Notes under the pieces: generated by a model
Told to the model about the DNA's origin: nothing
The model's database searches: none
What the model saw: only the letters and a program-made list of their open reading frames with translations
Made by a program: the position numbers and the translations under genes
In this document: in pieces, positions 40,659-53,298 of the stretch
Layout of the letters: each line of letters starts with the position of its first letter
Position numbering within the stretch: position 1 is the stretch's first letter
NCBI GenBank assembly: GCA_036493935.1
Contig: DASXOY010000001.1
Location: 64,702-128,701 of the forward strand
DNA: 64,000 nucleotides
Reading direction: 5' to 3'
Origin: Steroidobacteraceae bacterium
Lineage (GTDB): Bacteria > Pseudomonadota > Gammaproteobacteria > Steroidobacterales > Steroidobacteraceae

Positions 40659-43600
40659 ATGCGCTTAACGAAACTCAAAATCGCCGGCTTCAAATCGTTC
40701 GTTGATCCGACGACCGTCACCTTCCCCAGCAGCCTGACCGGAGTGGTGGGTCCCAACGGCTGCGGCAAGTCCAATATCATCGATGCCGTGCGCTGGGTGA
40801 TGGGGGAAATATCCGCGAAGCATTTGCGCGGCGAGTCGATGGCCGATGTTATTTTCAACGGCTCTTCCTCCCGCAAGCCCTTGGGCAACGCGTCGGTCGA
40901 GTTGGTTTTCGATAATTCCGACGGCAAGATCGGCGGTCCCTACGCGAATTACAACGAAGTAGCGCTGCGCCGCGCTGTGAGCCGCGACGGCACTTCCGAC
41001 TATTTCATCAATGGCTTGAAGGTTCGCCGCAAAGATATCACGCAGCTGTTCCTGGGCACCGGATTGGGAACCCGCAGCTACGCCATCATAGAGCAAGGAA
41101 TGATCTCGCGCGTGATCGAAGCCCGGCCCGATGATCTGCGCGCTTTCCTCGAGGAGGCGGCCGGCATCTCGCGCTATAAGGAGCGGCGCCGCGAGACCGA
41201 AAGCCGCATCGCGCATACGCGCGAGAATTTGGACCGGCTGAACGACTTGCGCGAGGAGGTCGAAAAGCAGATCCGCCACCTGCAGCGCCAAGCGGCCACG
41301 GCGCGCCGCTACCAAACGCTCAAAGAGGAAGAGCGGAAGCTGTTTGCGGAATTGCTGGCGTTGCGGTTGCAAAGCCTGGATCTGGAAGCCGGCGTCCGCG
41401 ATGCTGCGGCTTCCGGCTGCGAGACCGCAATGCAGGCGGTGCTCGCGGATTTGCGCGAAGCTGAAGCTCAGATCGAACGGATTCGCGCCGACCAATCGAG
41501 CAAGGCCGATGCCTTGAACGCGATTCAGGGCCGTTACTACGAAGCGGGCGCCGAGGTCACGCGGATCGAGCAAGGCATCGAATATGCGCGGGAGTTGCGG
41601 CAACGCCAAAGATCCGACCTGGAGCAGATTGATTCGCAGACGGCCGAGCTTGCGCGCGTGGTGCAGCTTGACCGTGTGCAGCTCGAATCGCTCTCGATGG
41701 AGCTCTCGACCATGGTGCCGGGCCTCGACGCGGCACACGATCGCGAACGAATCGCTTCTCAGGCGCTAGACCGTTGCGAGCAAGCGCTGGCATCTTGGCA
41801 GTTCTCTTGGGATAACCACGCTCAGGCGGTTGCGCTGGGGCAGCGCGAGACGCAGGTGGAACGCGCGCGCATAGAGCAATTGGAGAGCCAGCAGCGGCGC
41901 TTGCTGCAGCAGCAGGAACGCCAGGACTCGGAACGCGCGACGTTTGCGCAGATGCAGCCTCCGGCCGCGTTGGAATCCCTCACTGAACGCGCAGAGGCTG
42001 CGCGCATTGCGGGCGAGTGCGCGGCCGCCGAGCTGCAGGCGCTGCTGTCGGAAATTTCGGTGACGCGCGAGCGCGAACGGGAGCAGAGTTCCTCGCTCAA
42101 TGCGTTGCGAGCACGGCTGCAGCAGGCACAAGGAGAGCAAGTTTCGACCGACGCGCTGCAGCAGGCGGCGCTCGGCAAGGCGTCGGGAAAGGTGACGCAG
42201 TGGCTCAAGTCCCAGTCACTCGATCGCCGGCCGCGCGTTGCGCAGCAGCTGCGCGTGGACAAAGGCTGGGAGCGTGCCGTCGAGACCGTGTTGGGATCGT
42301 ATCTGGAAGCGGTTTGCGTCGACGGCTTGGACAGCGTGACGGATGTTCTGGGGAGCTTCGACGGCGGCTATCTGGCGGTGGTGAGCACAGACGGTGTTCC
42401 TGGCGCGCGAGCGGTCGATTCCCTTCAGGCCAAGGTGCAGGGCACCACGGTGCTGGGATCGCTGCTGTCGTCGGTTCAGATCGCGGAAAGCCTGGTCGAA
42501 GCCCTGAAGGTGCGGCGCCAGCTGAAGGCCGGTGAATCTGTCGTCACTCGGGACGGGATTTGGCTGGGCAATGATTGGCTGCGAGTGTCGCGCGATGCGG
42601 ATCCGCATACCGGCGTGATCGAACGCGAAGAGACGCTGCGCGCAATCGGCATTCAGGTCGAATCGCTCGAAGCTGCCGTCAAGGATCTCGATGCGGCCCT
42701 CGAAAGAACCCGCGAGCTCGTGCGCGACCATGAAGATCGGCGCGAGCGCTTGCAAACCGAGGTGAATCGGCTGCACCGCGAGCATGTGGACCGGCGCGCC
42801 GAGCTGGGCTCCGCCCAGTCCCGCACCGACGATGCGGCCAAGCGTTTGGAGCAACTCGAGTCCGAGCTCGCCGACGTCCGAGTCGAGCTCTCGCGCAGCG
42901 AGAGCGAGCTGCGGGCATCGCGCGGCCGGATGGAAACCGCCATTGACGCGCTCGCCGCGCTCGAGCCGCAGCGCATGGACTTGGAGCAAGATCGCGAGCG
43001 GATGCGCACGGATCAAAATGAGGCACGAGCTGCCGCCGCGGCCGCTCAGCAACATGCCCGGGACCTGGCGGTTCAGGTGGAATCACGGCGCTCCTCGCAT
43101 ACTGCCTTGATTACCACAGTTGGCCGGCTCGAGAAGCAGGTCGAGGACCTGCAGGCGCGCCGCCTGGAATTGCTCGCTCAAATCGCCGAGGGCGAAGCGC
43201 CTCTTGCCGAGGCGCAGCTCAAGCTGGAACGCGAACTGCGTCAGCGGGCGGAGGTTGAAGCAGAATTGCGGGCTGCGAGAATCGCCTGCGACGAGCTAGA
43301 CTCGATGCTGCGCGAGCATGAGGCGGCTCGGTTTGCCGTGGACCAGCGCTTGGAAACGGCGCGGTCCAGCCTGGACGAAGCACGCCTCGCGGCTCAACAA
43401 GTGCGAATTCGCCGCGAGGGCGTGGCGGAGCAGCTGACGGCCACCAATTTCGAATTCGAGGTGCTGGCGGCACAGATTGCGGCGGACGCGACCGTGGAGG
43501 CATGGGAAACTCAGCTCGAGGACACCAAGGGGAAAATCGAGCGCTTGGGTCAGGTGAATCTCGCCGCCATCGGCGAGTTCAAGGAGCAATCCGAGCGCAA

Positions 43601-44159
43601 GGAATACTTGGATCGGCAGTGCAAGGATTTGACCGACGCGCTGGAAACCCTCGAGTCGGCGATGCGTAAGATCGATCGCGAGACTCGCACGCGGTTTCAG
43701 GACACCTTCGACCGCGTCAATGCCGGCCTCAAGGAGAAATTTCCGCGGCTGTTCGGCGGCGGCCATGCGTACCTGGAATTGACCGGCGAGGAATCGAATG
43801 CCGCCGGGGTCTCCGTCATGGCGCGGCCGCCCGGCAAGCGCAACAGCACTATCAGCCAGCTGTCGGGCGGGGAGAAGGCCCTGACCGCCGTGGCGCTGGT
43901 GTTTGCCATCTTCGATTTGAACCCCGCGCCGTTCTGCCTGCTGGACGAAGTCGACGCGCCGCTGGATGAAAACAATGTGGGCCGCTTCTGCGACATCGTC
44001 CGCGACATGTCGCGCAGCGTGCAATTCATTTTCATCACGCACAACAAGAGCACCATGGAAATGGCGTCGCAATTGGTCGGCGTCACGATGAATGAGCCCG
44101 GCGTCTCGCGTCTGGTGTCGGTAGATGTCGATGAGGCTGTGCGCATGGCGGCGATGTAG
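40659..44159 (+). CDS. smc: Chromosome segregation protein SMC
   Basis: MRLTKLKIAGFKSF...GPNGCGKSNIIDA (Walker A); long coiled coils; hinge; LSGGEKALTAVALVFAIF..PFCLLDEVDAPLD. Confidence 0.95.
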   Translation: MRLTKLKIAGFKSFVDPTTVTFPSSLTGVVGPNGCGKSNIIDAVRWVMGEISAKHLRGESMADVIFNGSSSRKPLGNASVELVFDNSDGKIGGPYANYNEVALRRAVSRDGTSDYFINGLKVRRKDITQLFLGTGLGTRSYAIIEQGMISRVIEARPDDLRAFLEEAAGISRYKERRRETESRIAHTRENLDRLNDLREEVEKQIRHLQRQAATARRYQTLKEEERKLFAELLALRLQSLDLEAGVRDAAASGCETAMQAVLADLREAEAQIERIRADQSSKADALNAIQGRYYEAGAEVTRIEQGIEYARELRQRQRSDLEQIDSQTAELARVVQLDRVQLESLSMELSTMVPGLDAAHDRERIASQALDRCEQALASWQFSWDNHAQAVALGQRETQVERARIEQLESQQRRLLQQQERQDSERATFAQMQPPAALESLTERAEAARIAGECAAAELQALLSEISVTREREREQSSSLNALRARLQQAQGEQVSTDALQQAALGKASGKVTQWLKSQSLDRRPRVAQQLRVDKGWERAVETVLGSYLEAVCVDGLDSVTDVLGSFDGGYLAVVSTDGVPGARAVDSLQAKVQGTTVLGSLLSSVQIAESLVEALKVRRQLKAGESVVTRDGIWLGNDWLRVSRDADPHTGVIEREETLRAIGIQVESLEAAVKDLDAALERTRELVRDHEDRRERLQTEVNRLHREHVDRRAELGSAQSRTDDAAKRLEQLESELADVRVELSRSESELRASRGRMETAIDALAALEPQRMDLEQDRERMRTDQNEARAAAAAAQQHARDLAVQVESRRSSHTALITTVGRLEKQVEDLQARRLELLAQIAEGEAPLAEAQLKLERELRQRAEVEAELRAARIACDELDSMLREHEAARFAVDQRLETARSSLDEARLAAQQVRIRREGVAEQLTATNFEFEVLAAQIAADATVEAWETQLEDTKGKIERLGQVNLAAIGEFKEQSERKEYLDRQCKDLTDALETLESAMRKIDRETRTRFQDTFDRVNAGLKEKFPRLFGGGHAYLELTGEESNAAGVSVMARPPGKRNSTISQLSGGEKALTAVALVFAIFDLNPAPFCLLDEVDAPLDENNVGRFCDIVRDMSRSVQFIFITHNKSTMEMASQLVGVTMNEPGVSRLVSVDVDEAVRMAAM

Positions 44160-44171
44160 CGCGAAAGACTT

Positions 44172-47241
<3,070 letters not shown>

Positions 47242-47251
47242 CTCGCTCAAA

Positions 47252-48109
47252 CTACATCGTCTTTTCGATCTTCGCCGTCTTCTTCAAGCCTTCCACATAG
47301 GCCTGCAGCTTCTTCTGGATGACGCCGTTGCCGACCTGCTGCTTGACTTGATCAAACGGCGGCGGCGCTGTTTCGCGCGTATCTTCGAGCTTGATGACGT
47401 GCCAGCCGAATTGCGTTTGCACTGGCGCGGAGGTCATCTCGCCTTTCTTGAGACCCTTCACGGCGTCGCCGAACGGTTTGGCCATGCGGGTAAGGGTAAA
47501 CCAACCGAGATCGCCGCCGTTAGCCTTGGAACTATCGGTGGATTCTGCCTTGGCCACATCCTCAAATTTCGCGCCGCCCTTGATCTTCTTGATGATCGCA
47601 TCGGCCTTGTCTTTGTCGGCGACCAGAATGTGCCGTGCGTGGTATTCGGTCTTGTCCATAGCCGCGATATCCGAGTCATACTCGCTATGCAATTCCGCGT
47701 CCGTCGGCTCCTTGTCCTTCAAGTACTTCGCCGATGCGGCATCCGCGAGAACCCGCATGCGCACCACGGCGAGCTGCGCGTTGACGTCCGGATCCTTATC
47801 CACGCCATCTTTCAAGCCCTGTGAGGCCAACAGCTGCATGTTGATCATTTCATCCAGGACCTGGTTCTTTTGCTCGGTCGTGAGCTCGGTGGCAGGCCGC
47901 CCGCGCAACAGACTCTTCAGGTAGATGTCGTATTCGGTGCGCGAGAGCGCCGTGCCATCAACGGTTGCGACCGGCGCGGGTGCCGGCGTCGCCGGCTTCT
48001 CAGGTGCGGCGGGCGTTGCCTGTTGGCCCTTTCCGCAGGCCGTCATTACTAGGGCGAAAGCAGTCACGGTGGCAATGCGCGTCCACGGTGTACTCAAAAA
48101 TTGGCTCAT
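47252..48109 (-). CDS. Parvulin-type peptidyl-prolyl cis-trans isomerase lipoprotein
   Basis: Lipobox LVMTAC|G. PpiC domain HARHILV...GGDLGWF...FGWHVIKLED. ATG at 48109 with GAGGA upstream. Confidence 0.8.
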   Translation of the reverse strand: MSQFLSTPWTRIATVTAFALVMTACGKGQQATPAAPEKPATPAPAPVATVDGTALSRTEYDIYLKSLLRGRPATELTTEQKNQVLDEMINMQLLASQGLKDGVDKDPDVNAQLAVVRMRVLADAASAKYLKDKEPTDAELHSEYDSDIAAMDKTEYHARHILVADKDKADAIIKKIKGGAKFEDVAKAESTDSSKANGGDLGWFTLTRMAKPFGDAVKGLKKGEMTSAPVQTQFGWHVIKLEDTRETAPPPFDQVKQQVGNGVIQKKLQAYVEGLKKTAKIEKTM

Positions 48110-48263
48110 TGGTTCCTCTAGCAAAAAAAAAGCGACTTAGGCCCTAGCTGGCCAGCGCGCCCGGGGGCGGCAGTTTAGCCTCAACAGAACAATCTCACCA
48201 ATTTTTGATGTATTTTTCGCGTGCAACGGGCTGTTTGTCGCGACGCAACATAAGCCAGCCGTG

Positions 48264-49076
48264 TCAAGATTTGTCGGGTGCCAAGGCTTCGATGGCGAGC
48301 GCGTGGATGTCGCTCTTCAAGAGATCGTCGACCGCGGCGTAAACCAGCCGATGCCGGGCCACCGAAGATATGCCGCGAAAGGCCTCCGATACGATGCGCA
48401 CGCGAAAATGGCTTTGGCCGCCGGCAGCGCCGGCGTGCCCCTCGTGCAGATGGCTCTCATCCTCGACGCTCAGTTGCGCCGGCGCAAAGCGGCTTTGCAG
48501 CCGCTCGCGCAGTCGCTGTGCACGCGTGGCTGCGGCAGGTTGGACCGCTTTGCCGGCGAGCCAGAAAACCTGCGGCAGCATGAAGAGCATGGTTGCGGCG
48601 GGAAATCCGAAGACTTTGAATTTGACCCACAAGCCGACGGCGAAATTCTTGGCGACGTATAGGTTCAAGATTGCAAAGGCGGCAAACCAGCCGGCCCACA
48701 GCGCATTGATGATCAGCCAACTGCGTGCCGACACCGCCAAGGGCTCGCTGATGGCCGTCTCGAGCAGCCGGCGAACGAGCGGCCGCTCGCCGATTATCAT
48801 GCTGCCCAGAAATACCGCGGAGGTCAGCCCCAGCAATACCGTGAGTTTCCATTGGATGAAGCGCTGGTCGTGCAGCAGCAGAGTCGCGGTTCCGAGGACC
48901 AGCACGACGCAGGTCGTGACGATGTGCATGGTCTTAAAGCTGCCGGCGCGCAGGCGATGGATCAGCAATTGCAAAACGCAGGCAATCATGAGCGCCGCCG
49001 TCGCCCAATAAATATCCCGCACCTCAAAGGTTACAAAGAAGATGATCAGCGGCGACCATTCGAGGAGTTGAGCCAT
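48264..49076 (-). CDS. yciB: Intracellular septation protein A (YciB/IspZ) fused in frame to a BolA-family domain
   Basis: From the ATG at 49076, residues 1-175 are YciB-like (LLEWSPLIIFFVTF..DIYWATAAL...FKVFG). The last ~85 aa are BolA-like (RLRERLQSRFAPAQLSVEDESHLHEGHAGAAGGQSHFRVRIVSEAFRGISSVARHRLVY..IHALAI). Confidence 0.75.
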   Translation of the reverse strand: MAQLLEWSPLIIFFVTFEVRDIYWATAALMIACVLQLLIHRLRAGSFKTMHIVTTCVVLVLGTATLLLHDQRFIQWKLTVLLGLTSAVFLGSMIIGERPLVRRLLETAISEPLAVSARSWLIINALWAGWFAAFAILNLYVAKNFAVGLWVKFKVFGFPAATMLFMLPQVFWLAGKAVQPAAATRAQRLRERLQSRFAPAQLSVEDESHLHEGHAGAAGGQSHFRVRIVSEAFRGISSVARHRLVYAAVDDLLKSDIHALAIEALAPDKS

Positions 49077-49097
49077 CCGCGTATCATAGCCGACGCG

Positions 49098-49733
49098 ATG
49101 AGCATCTATCTGCAACTGCATCCGGTTTCACCGCAGCGCCGCTACGTGCGCCAAGCGGTCGAAGCGCTGCGCCGCGGTGCTGTAATCGTGTACCCGACGG
49201 ATTCCTGCTATGCGCTGGGCTGCCATATCGGCGATAAAGCGGCGCTCGAACGCATACGCGACATCCGTCAAACGGACCGCAATCATCATTTCACGCTGGT
49301 GTGCCGCGATCTCGCGGAAGTCGGCAAGTACGCGATGGTCGACAATTGGCAATATCGCTTGCTCCGCGCACACACACCGGGTCCCTATACTTTTTTACTG
49401 AAGGCCTCGCGAGAAACGCCGCGGCGCTTGAAGCACGAACGGCGGGGCACAATCGGGTTGCGCGTTCCGGACCATCCGGTCACGGCCATGCTGCTGAGCG
49501 AACTGGGCGAGCCGGTGATGAGTTCGACGTTGATATTGCCCGGCGAGCAACACCCGCGCACTGATGCCAAAGAGATTTACGAGAAACTCGAGCGCAGCGT
49601 CGATCTCGTTCTGGACGGGGGCAACTGCGGCATGACGCCAACTTCAGTCATCGATCTGTCGAGCGATCGCGCTATCGTGGTCCGCGAGGGGCGCGGCAAT
49701 GTCAGCCCCTTTGGGTCGGCCGCCACCGTATAA
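49098..49733 (+). CDS. yciO: YrdC/Sua5-fold protein, YciO family
   Basis: Aligns end to end with E. coli YciO as I recall it: VIVYPTDSCYALGC...HHFTLVCRDL...TPGPYTFLLKAS...IGLRVPDHP...PTSVIDLS..VVREG. Start at the ATG at 49098. Confidence 0.85.
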   Translation: MSIYLQLHPVSPQRRYVRQAVEALRRGAVIVYPTDSCYALGCHIGDKAALERIRDIRQTDRNHHFTLVCRDLAEVGKYAMVDNWQYRLLRAHTPGPYTFLLKASRETPRRLKHERRGTIGLRVPDHPVTAMLLSELGEPVMSSTLILPGEQHPRTDAKEIYEKLERSVDLVLDGGNCGMTPTSVIDLSSDRAIVVREGRGNVSPFGSAATV

Positions 49734-49780
49734 TGTGCGCCAATGCGGGCGCTTATGCTCGTAATTGCTTCAAATAATGA

Positions 49781-50449
49781 GTGCAAGCATTGGATTTTAA
49801 TGAGATTCTTAGGAAAATTTCCATCTATGCCATTCCGGTGCTGTTCGCGGTCACCTTGCACGAAGTGGCGCACGGCTGGATGGCGAGATTCTTCGGTGAC
49901 CGCACTGCCGAGTTGCTCGGGCGCCTGAGCTTGAACCCGCTGCGCCACGTGGATCCGCTGGGCACGCTGCTGATCCCTGGATTTCTCCTCATGGTGGGTG
50001 CGCCCTTGTTCGGCTGGGCGAAACCCGTTCCGGTCGTCACTGCTGAGCTTCAGAAGCCGCGCCTTGCACTGATCGTGGTGGCGCTCGCCGGTCCAGTTGC
50101 AAATGTCATCATGGCGATATCGTGGCTGGCCGTGTTGTTCGCCGTGTTGAGCTTGAGGTCCGACCACACCTTTGTCAGATGGCTGGTCTATATGGCTCAG
50201 GCCGGTATTTTCATCAATGTATTGCTGGCGGTATTCAATCTGCTGCCCATTCCGCCGCTTGACGGCGGCCGCGTGGTTTCCGGGATCTTGCCGCCCAGGA
50301 TGGGCGCCATGTTCGACAAAATATCGCCGGTTGGGATGTTAATCGTGCTGGTGTTGGCGGTAACGGGGCGATTCGGTTGGTTGCTGGATCCTGCCTACCG
50401 AGCCATGGATCGGGTCATCACCGCCGTGCTGGCCGGCTCCTTGACATGA
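49781..50449 (+). CDS. Site-2 protease family (peptidase M50) membrane protein
   Basis: HEVAHG zinc motif in TM1 and NLLPIPPLDGGRV motif. GTG start. Confidence 0.75.
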   Translation: MQALDFNEILRKISIYAIPVLFAVTLHEVAHGWMARFFGDRTAELLGRLSLNPLRHVDPLGTLLIPGFLLMVGAPLFGWAKPVPVVTAELQKPRLALIVVALAGPVANVIMAISWLAVLFAVLSLRSDHTFVRWLVYMAQAGIFINVLLAVFNLLPIPPLDGGRVVSGILPPRMGAMFDKISPVGMLIVLVLAVTGRFGWLLDPAYRAMDRVITAVLAGSLT

Positions 50450-51660
50450 GCGTACCCATTCAAAATCGCCGGGTGTTGTCGGGGATGCGTCCGACCGGAC
50501 AACTGCATTTGGGCAACTATCACGGTGCGCTGAAGAATTGGATCGAGCTTCAGTATCAGTACGAATGCTATTTTTTCGTCGCGGACTGGCACGCCCTCAC
50601 CACCGGTTACGAGGACACGTCCAAGCTCGAGGAAAATACCTGGAGCATCGTCATAGATTGGTTGGCCGCAGGCTTGAATCCCGGCGTAGCCACGCTCTTT
50701 ATCCAATCGAAAGTGCCGGAACATGCGGAATTGCATTTATTGCTGTCGATGATCACGCCGTTGGGGTGGCTCGAGCGCGTGCCGTCCTACAAGGACCAGC
50801 AGGCTCAGCTCACGGATCACGACTTGAGCACCTATGGCTTCCTCGGCTATCCGTTGCTGCAGAGCGCGGACATCCTGTTGTACCGATCGCAATACGTGCC
50901 CGTGGGCGAGGATCAGGTCGCGCACGTGGAGATTACGCGCGAGGTCGCACGCCGTTTCAATCACATCTATGGCCGCGAACCGGAGTTCGAGCAGAAAGTG
51001 GAAAAGGCGATCAAGAGCTTGGGTTCGCGCAATTCCGCTTTGTATCGTTCGCTGCGCAAGGCCTTCCAGGAGAAAGGCGACGCCGATGCGCTGGCCAAGG
51101 CGCGCGCACTGGTGGAAGCAAATGCGCGGCTGACGGTTGCCGATCGTGACCGGTTATTGGGCTTTCTCGAAGGAGCCGGAATCGCCATTTTACCGGAGCC
51201 CGAGGCATTGCTGACGGCGACACCGAAGGTGCCGGGTCTCGACGGGCGCAAAATGTCGAAGTCCTACGGCAATACGATCGGGCTGCGAGAGGACGCGGAT
51301 TCGATCGTCAAGAAGCTCAAGGCCATGCAGACCGATCCGGCGCGGGTGCGCCGCACCGATCCTGGCGATCCTGATAAATGTCCGGTTTGGGACCTGCATA
51401 AAATATATTCAACCGCGGAGACCCAGGAATGGGTTCAGAAGGGCTGCCGCTCCGCGGGAATCGGTTGTTTGGAATGCAAGGCGCCGCTGATTGAGAAAGT
51501 GGTGGAAGAGGTGACCGGCATCGCAAAGCGGGCGCAAGAGTTCGAGGAGAATCCGGAACTGGTACGCGGTATCATCGCTGAGGGGTGCGAGCGGGCGCGC
51601 ACCGTGGCGCGCGACACTCTGGACGCCGTCCGCCAAGCCATGGGCATGAACTACCGTTGA
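50446..51660 (+). CDS. trpS: Tryptophan--tRNA ligase (long form, 404 aa)
   Basis: SGMRPTGQLHLGNYHG (HIGH); KMSKSYGN (KMSKS). ATGA overlap with the M50 stop. The longer track ORF was rejected. Confidence 0.95.
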   Translation: MSVPIQNRRVLSGMRPTGQLHLGNYHGALKNWIELQYQYECYFFVADWHALTTGYEDTSKLEENTWSIVIDWLAAGLNPGVATLFIQSKVPEHAELHLLLSMITPLGWLERVPSYKDQQAQLTDHDLSTYGFLGYPLLQSADILLYRSQYVPVGEDQVAHVEITREVARRFNHIYGREPEFEQKVEKAIKSLGSRNSALYRSLRKAFQEKGDADALAKARALVEANARLTVADRDRLLGFLEGAGIAILPEPEALLTATPKVPGLDGRKMSKSYGNTIGLREDADSIVKKLKAMQTDPARVRRTDPGDPDKCPVWDLHKIYSTAETQEWVQKGCRSAGIGCLECKAPLIEKVVEEVTGIAKRAQEFEENPELVRGIIAEGCERARTVARDTLDAVRQAMGMNYR

Positions 51661-51673
51661 CATTCGGACTCTG

Positions 51674-52588
51674 ATGAAACCTGAATTGACCTTGGTTCAA
51701 AGCACGCCACCCCCGCCGCCGCCCAACGAGGTCGCGCCGGCGCAAGGCGAAATGCCGTTTGCGGTCGTGGAGGGACAGCCCATTATCGAGATGCCGCGTG
51801 ATTTGTATATTCCGCCGCAGGCGCTCGAGGTGTTTCTCGAGGCGTTCGAAGGTCCGCTCGACATGCTGCTCTACCTCATTCGGCGGCAGAACTTGGACAT
51901 CCTCGACATTCCGATTGCGGAAATCACCCGTCAATACATGCGCTATATCGAGCTGATGCAGGTGCTGCAGCTGGAGCTGGCCGGCGAATACCTGCTCATG
52001 GCGGCAACCCTTGCGGAAGTGAAGTCGCGCATGCTGCTGCCGCGCGTCGGCACCGAAGACGGCTCCGAAGAGACAGATCCTCGGGCGGAGCTGGTGCGCC
52101 GCCTGCAGGAATACGAGCGCTTCAAGCGCGCGGCCGAAGGCATCGATCGGATGCCCCGGCTGGAGCGCGATACCTGGGTCGCATCCGCGGATTTGGTCGA
52201 CCGCAAGGTGGTACGCATTCCTCCGCAGGTCACCCTCCAGGAAATGCTGATGGCGTTTCAAGAAGTGCTGTCGCGCAGCGACATGTTCGCGCACCATCAC
52301 GTGCAGCGCGAACCCTTGTCGGTGCGCCAGCGCATGACGGACGTGCTGGCATCCCTGCAGATGAATGCATTTGTCGATTTCGTGCGTCTGTTTACGCCGG
52401 AAGAGGGCCGCCGCGGGGTGACGGTGACCTTCGTGGCCATCTTGGAACTACTGCGTGAAGGATTGATCGAAATAGTGCAATCTGAAGCTTACGCGCCGTT
52501 GCATGTGCGTCTGGGCAATCCGGCCCAGCACCTGTCGCTGGTAGCCGACGACGGCGCCGCCAACGACGATCTTGCGAGAACTCAATGA
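51674..52588 (+). CDS. scpA: Segregation and condensation protein A (kleisin ScpA)
   Basis: FEGPLDMLLYLIRRQNLDILDIPIAEITRQYMRYI..., C-terminal winged helix FVAILELLREGLIEI. Confidence 0.9.
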   Translation: MKPELTLVQSTPPPPPPNEVAPAQGEMPFAVVEGQPIIEMPRDLYIPPQALEVFLEAFEGPLDMLLYLIRRQNLDILDIPIAEITRQYMRYIELMQVLQLELAGEYLLMAATLAEVKSRMLLPRVGTEDGSEETDPRAELVRRLQEYERFKRAAEGIDRMPRLERDTWVASADLVDRKVVRIPPQVTLQEMLMAFQEVLSRSDMFAHHHVQREPLSVRQRMTDVLASLQMNAFVDFVRLFTPEEGRRGVTVTFVAILELLREGLIEIVQSEAYAPLHVRLGNPAQHLSLVADDGAANDDLARTQ

Positions 52589-53298
52589 ACCATCAATACG
52601 TGAAGAATGTGGTTGAAGCAGCGCTGCTTGCAGCCGGCCGGCCTCTGACGGTCGAGGAGCTGATGAGCGTATTCGACGAGCGCGACGGATCGATCGGAGA
52701 GGAGATCAAGGGTGCGCTAACCGCACTCGCCGAAGAATACGAAACGCGCGGTCTGGAGCTATTGGAAGTGGCCAGCGGATTTCGCATTCAGATCCGGGCG
52801 TCGGCCGCACAGCCCGTGTCGCGCCTGTGGCAGGAGCGGCCGGCGAAATACTCGCGCGCACTCTTGGAGACCCTCGCGCTGATCGCCTACCGGCAACCGA
52901 TTACCCGCGGCGAAATCGAACAGATTCGCGGGGTGGCCGTGAACCCGAACATCATTAAAACCCTGCATGAACGCACTTGGATCCGCGTGGTCGGCCATCG
53001 CGACGTCCCTGGCAAGCCTGAATTGCTCGGGACCACGCGCGAGTTTCTCGATTACTTCAACTTGAAGAAGCTCGATGACCTGCCGACGTTGGCGCAGCTC
53101 AAAGAGCTCGAAGATTTACGCGTGCAATTAACGCTGCCCGGAGCCGAGCCGCAGGTTCTGACGGATCCGCTGCCGGCGTTGGATGCCGAGGCGGAGCTTG
53201 AGGCGGCCGCGGACGATGACGAAGAGCCCGGTGCTGAGAGCTCCGGGCCGCATCCTCATGGTTTGGTCGCAAGCGGTGCGCAAGACGACGGCAGTTGA
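52585..53298 (+). CDS. scpB: Segregation and condensation protein B (ScpB)
   Basis: VEAALLAAGRPLTVEEL...ASGFRIQ...LETLALIAYRQPITRGEIEQIRGV...RDVPGKPELLGTTREFLDYF. Confidence 0.9.
   Translation: MNHQYVKNVVEAALLAAGRPLTVEELMSVFDERDGSIGEEIKGALTALAEEYETRGLELLEVASGFRIQIRASAAQPVSRLWQERPAKYSRALLETLALIAYRQPITRGEIEQIRGVAVNPNIIKTLHERTWIRVVGHRDVPGKPELLGTTREFLDYFNLKKLDDLPTLAQLKELEDLRVQLTLPGAEPQVLTDPLPALDAEAELEAAADDDEEPGAESSGPHPHGLVASGAQDDGS

Noticed and set aside
48123-48131. A9 run (T9 on the minus strand) between the yciB-bolA stop and the PPIase start, considered as an intrinsic terminator.
   Set aside because: The preceding minus-strand sequence forms only 3-4 bp stems, and the nearest (GGCC/GGCC) is 8 nt away from the T-run. 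It lies 13 nt from the PPIase ATG, so a U-rich translation-enhancer or spacer role is equally likely. Not callable from sequence.
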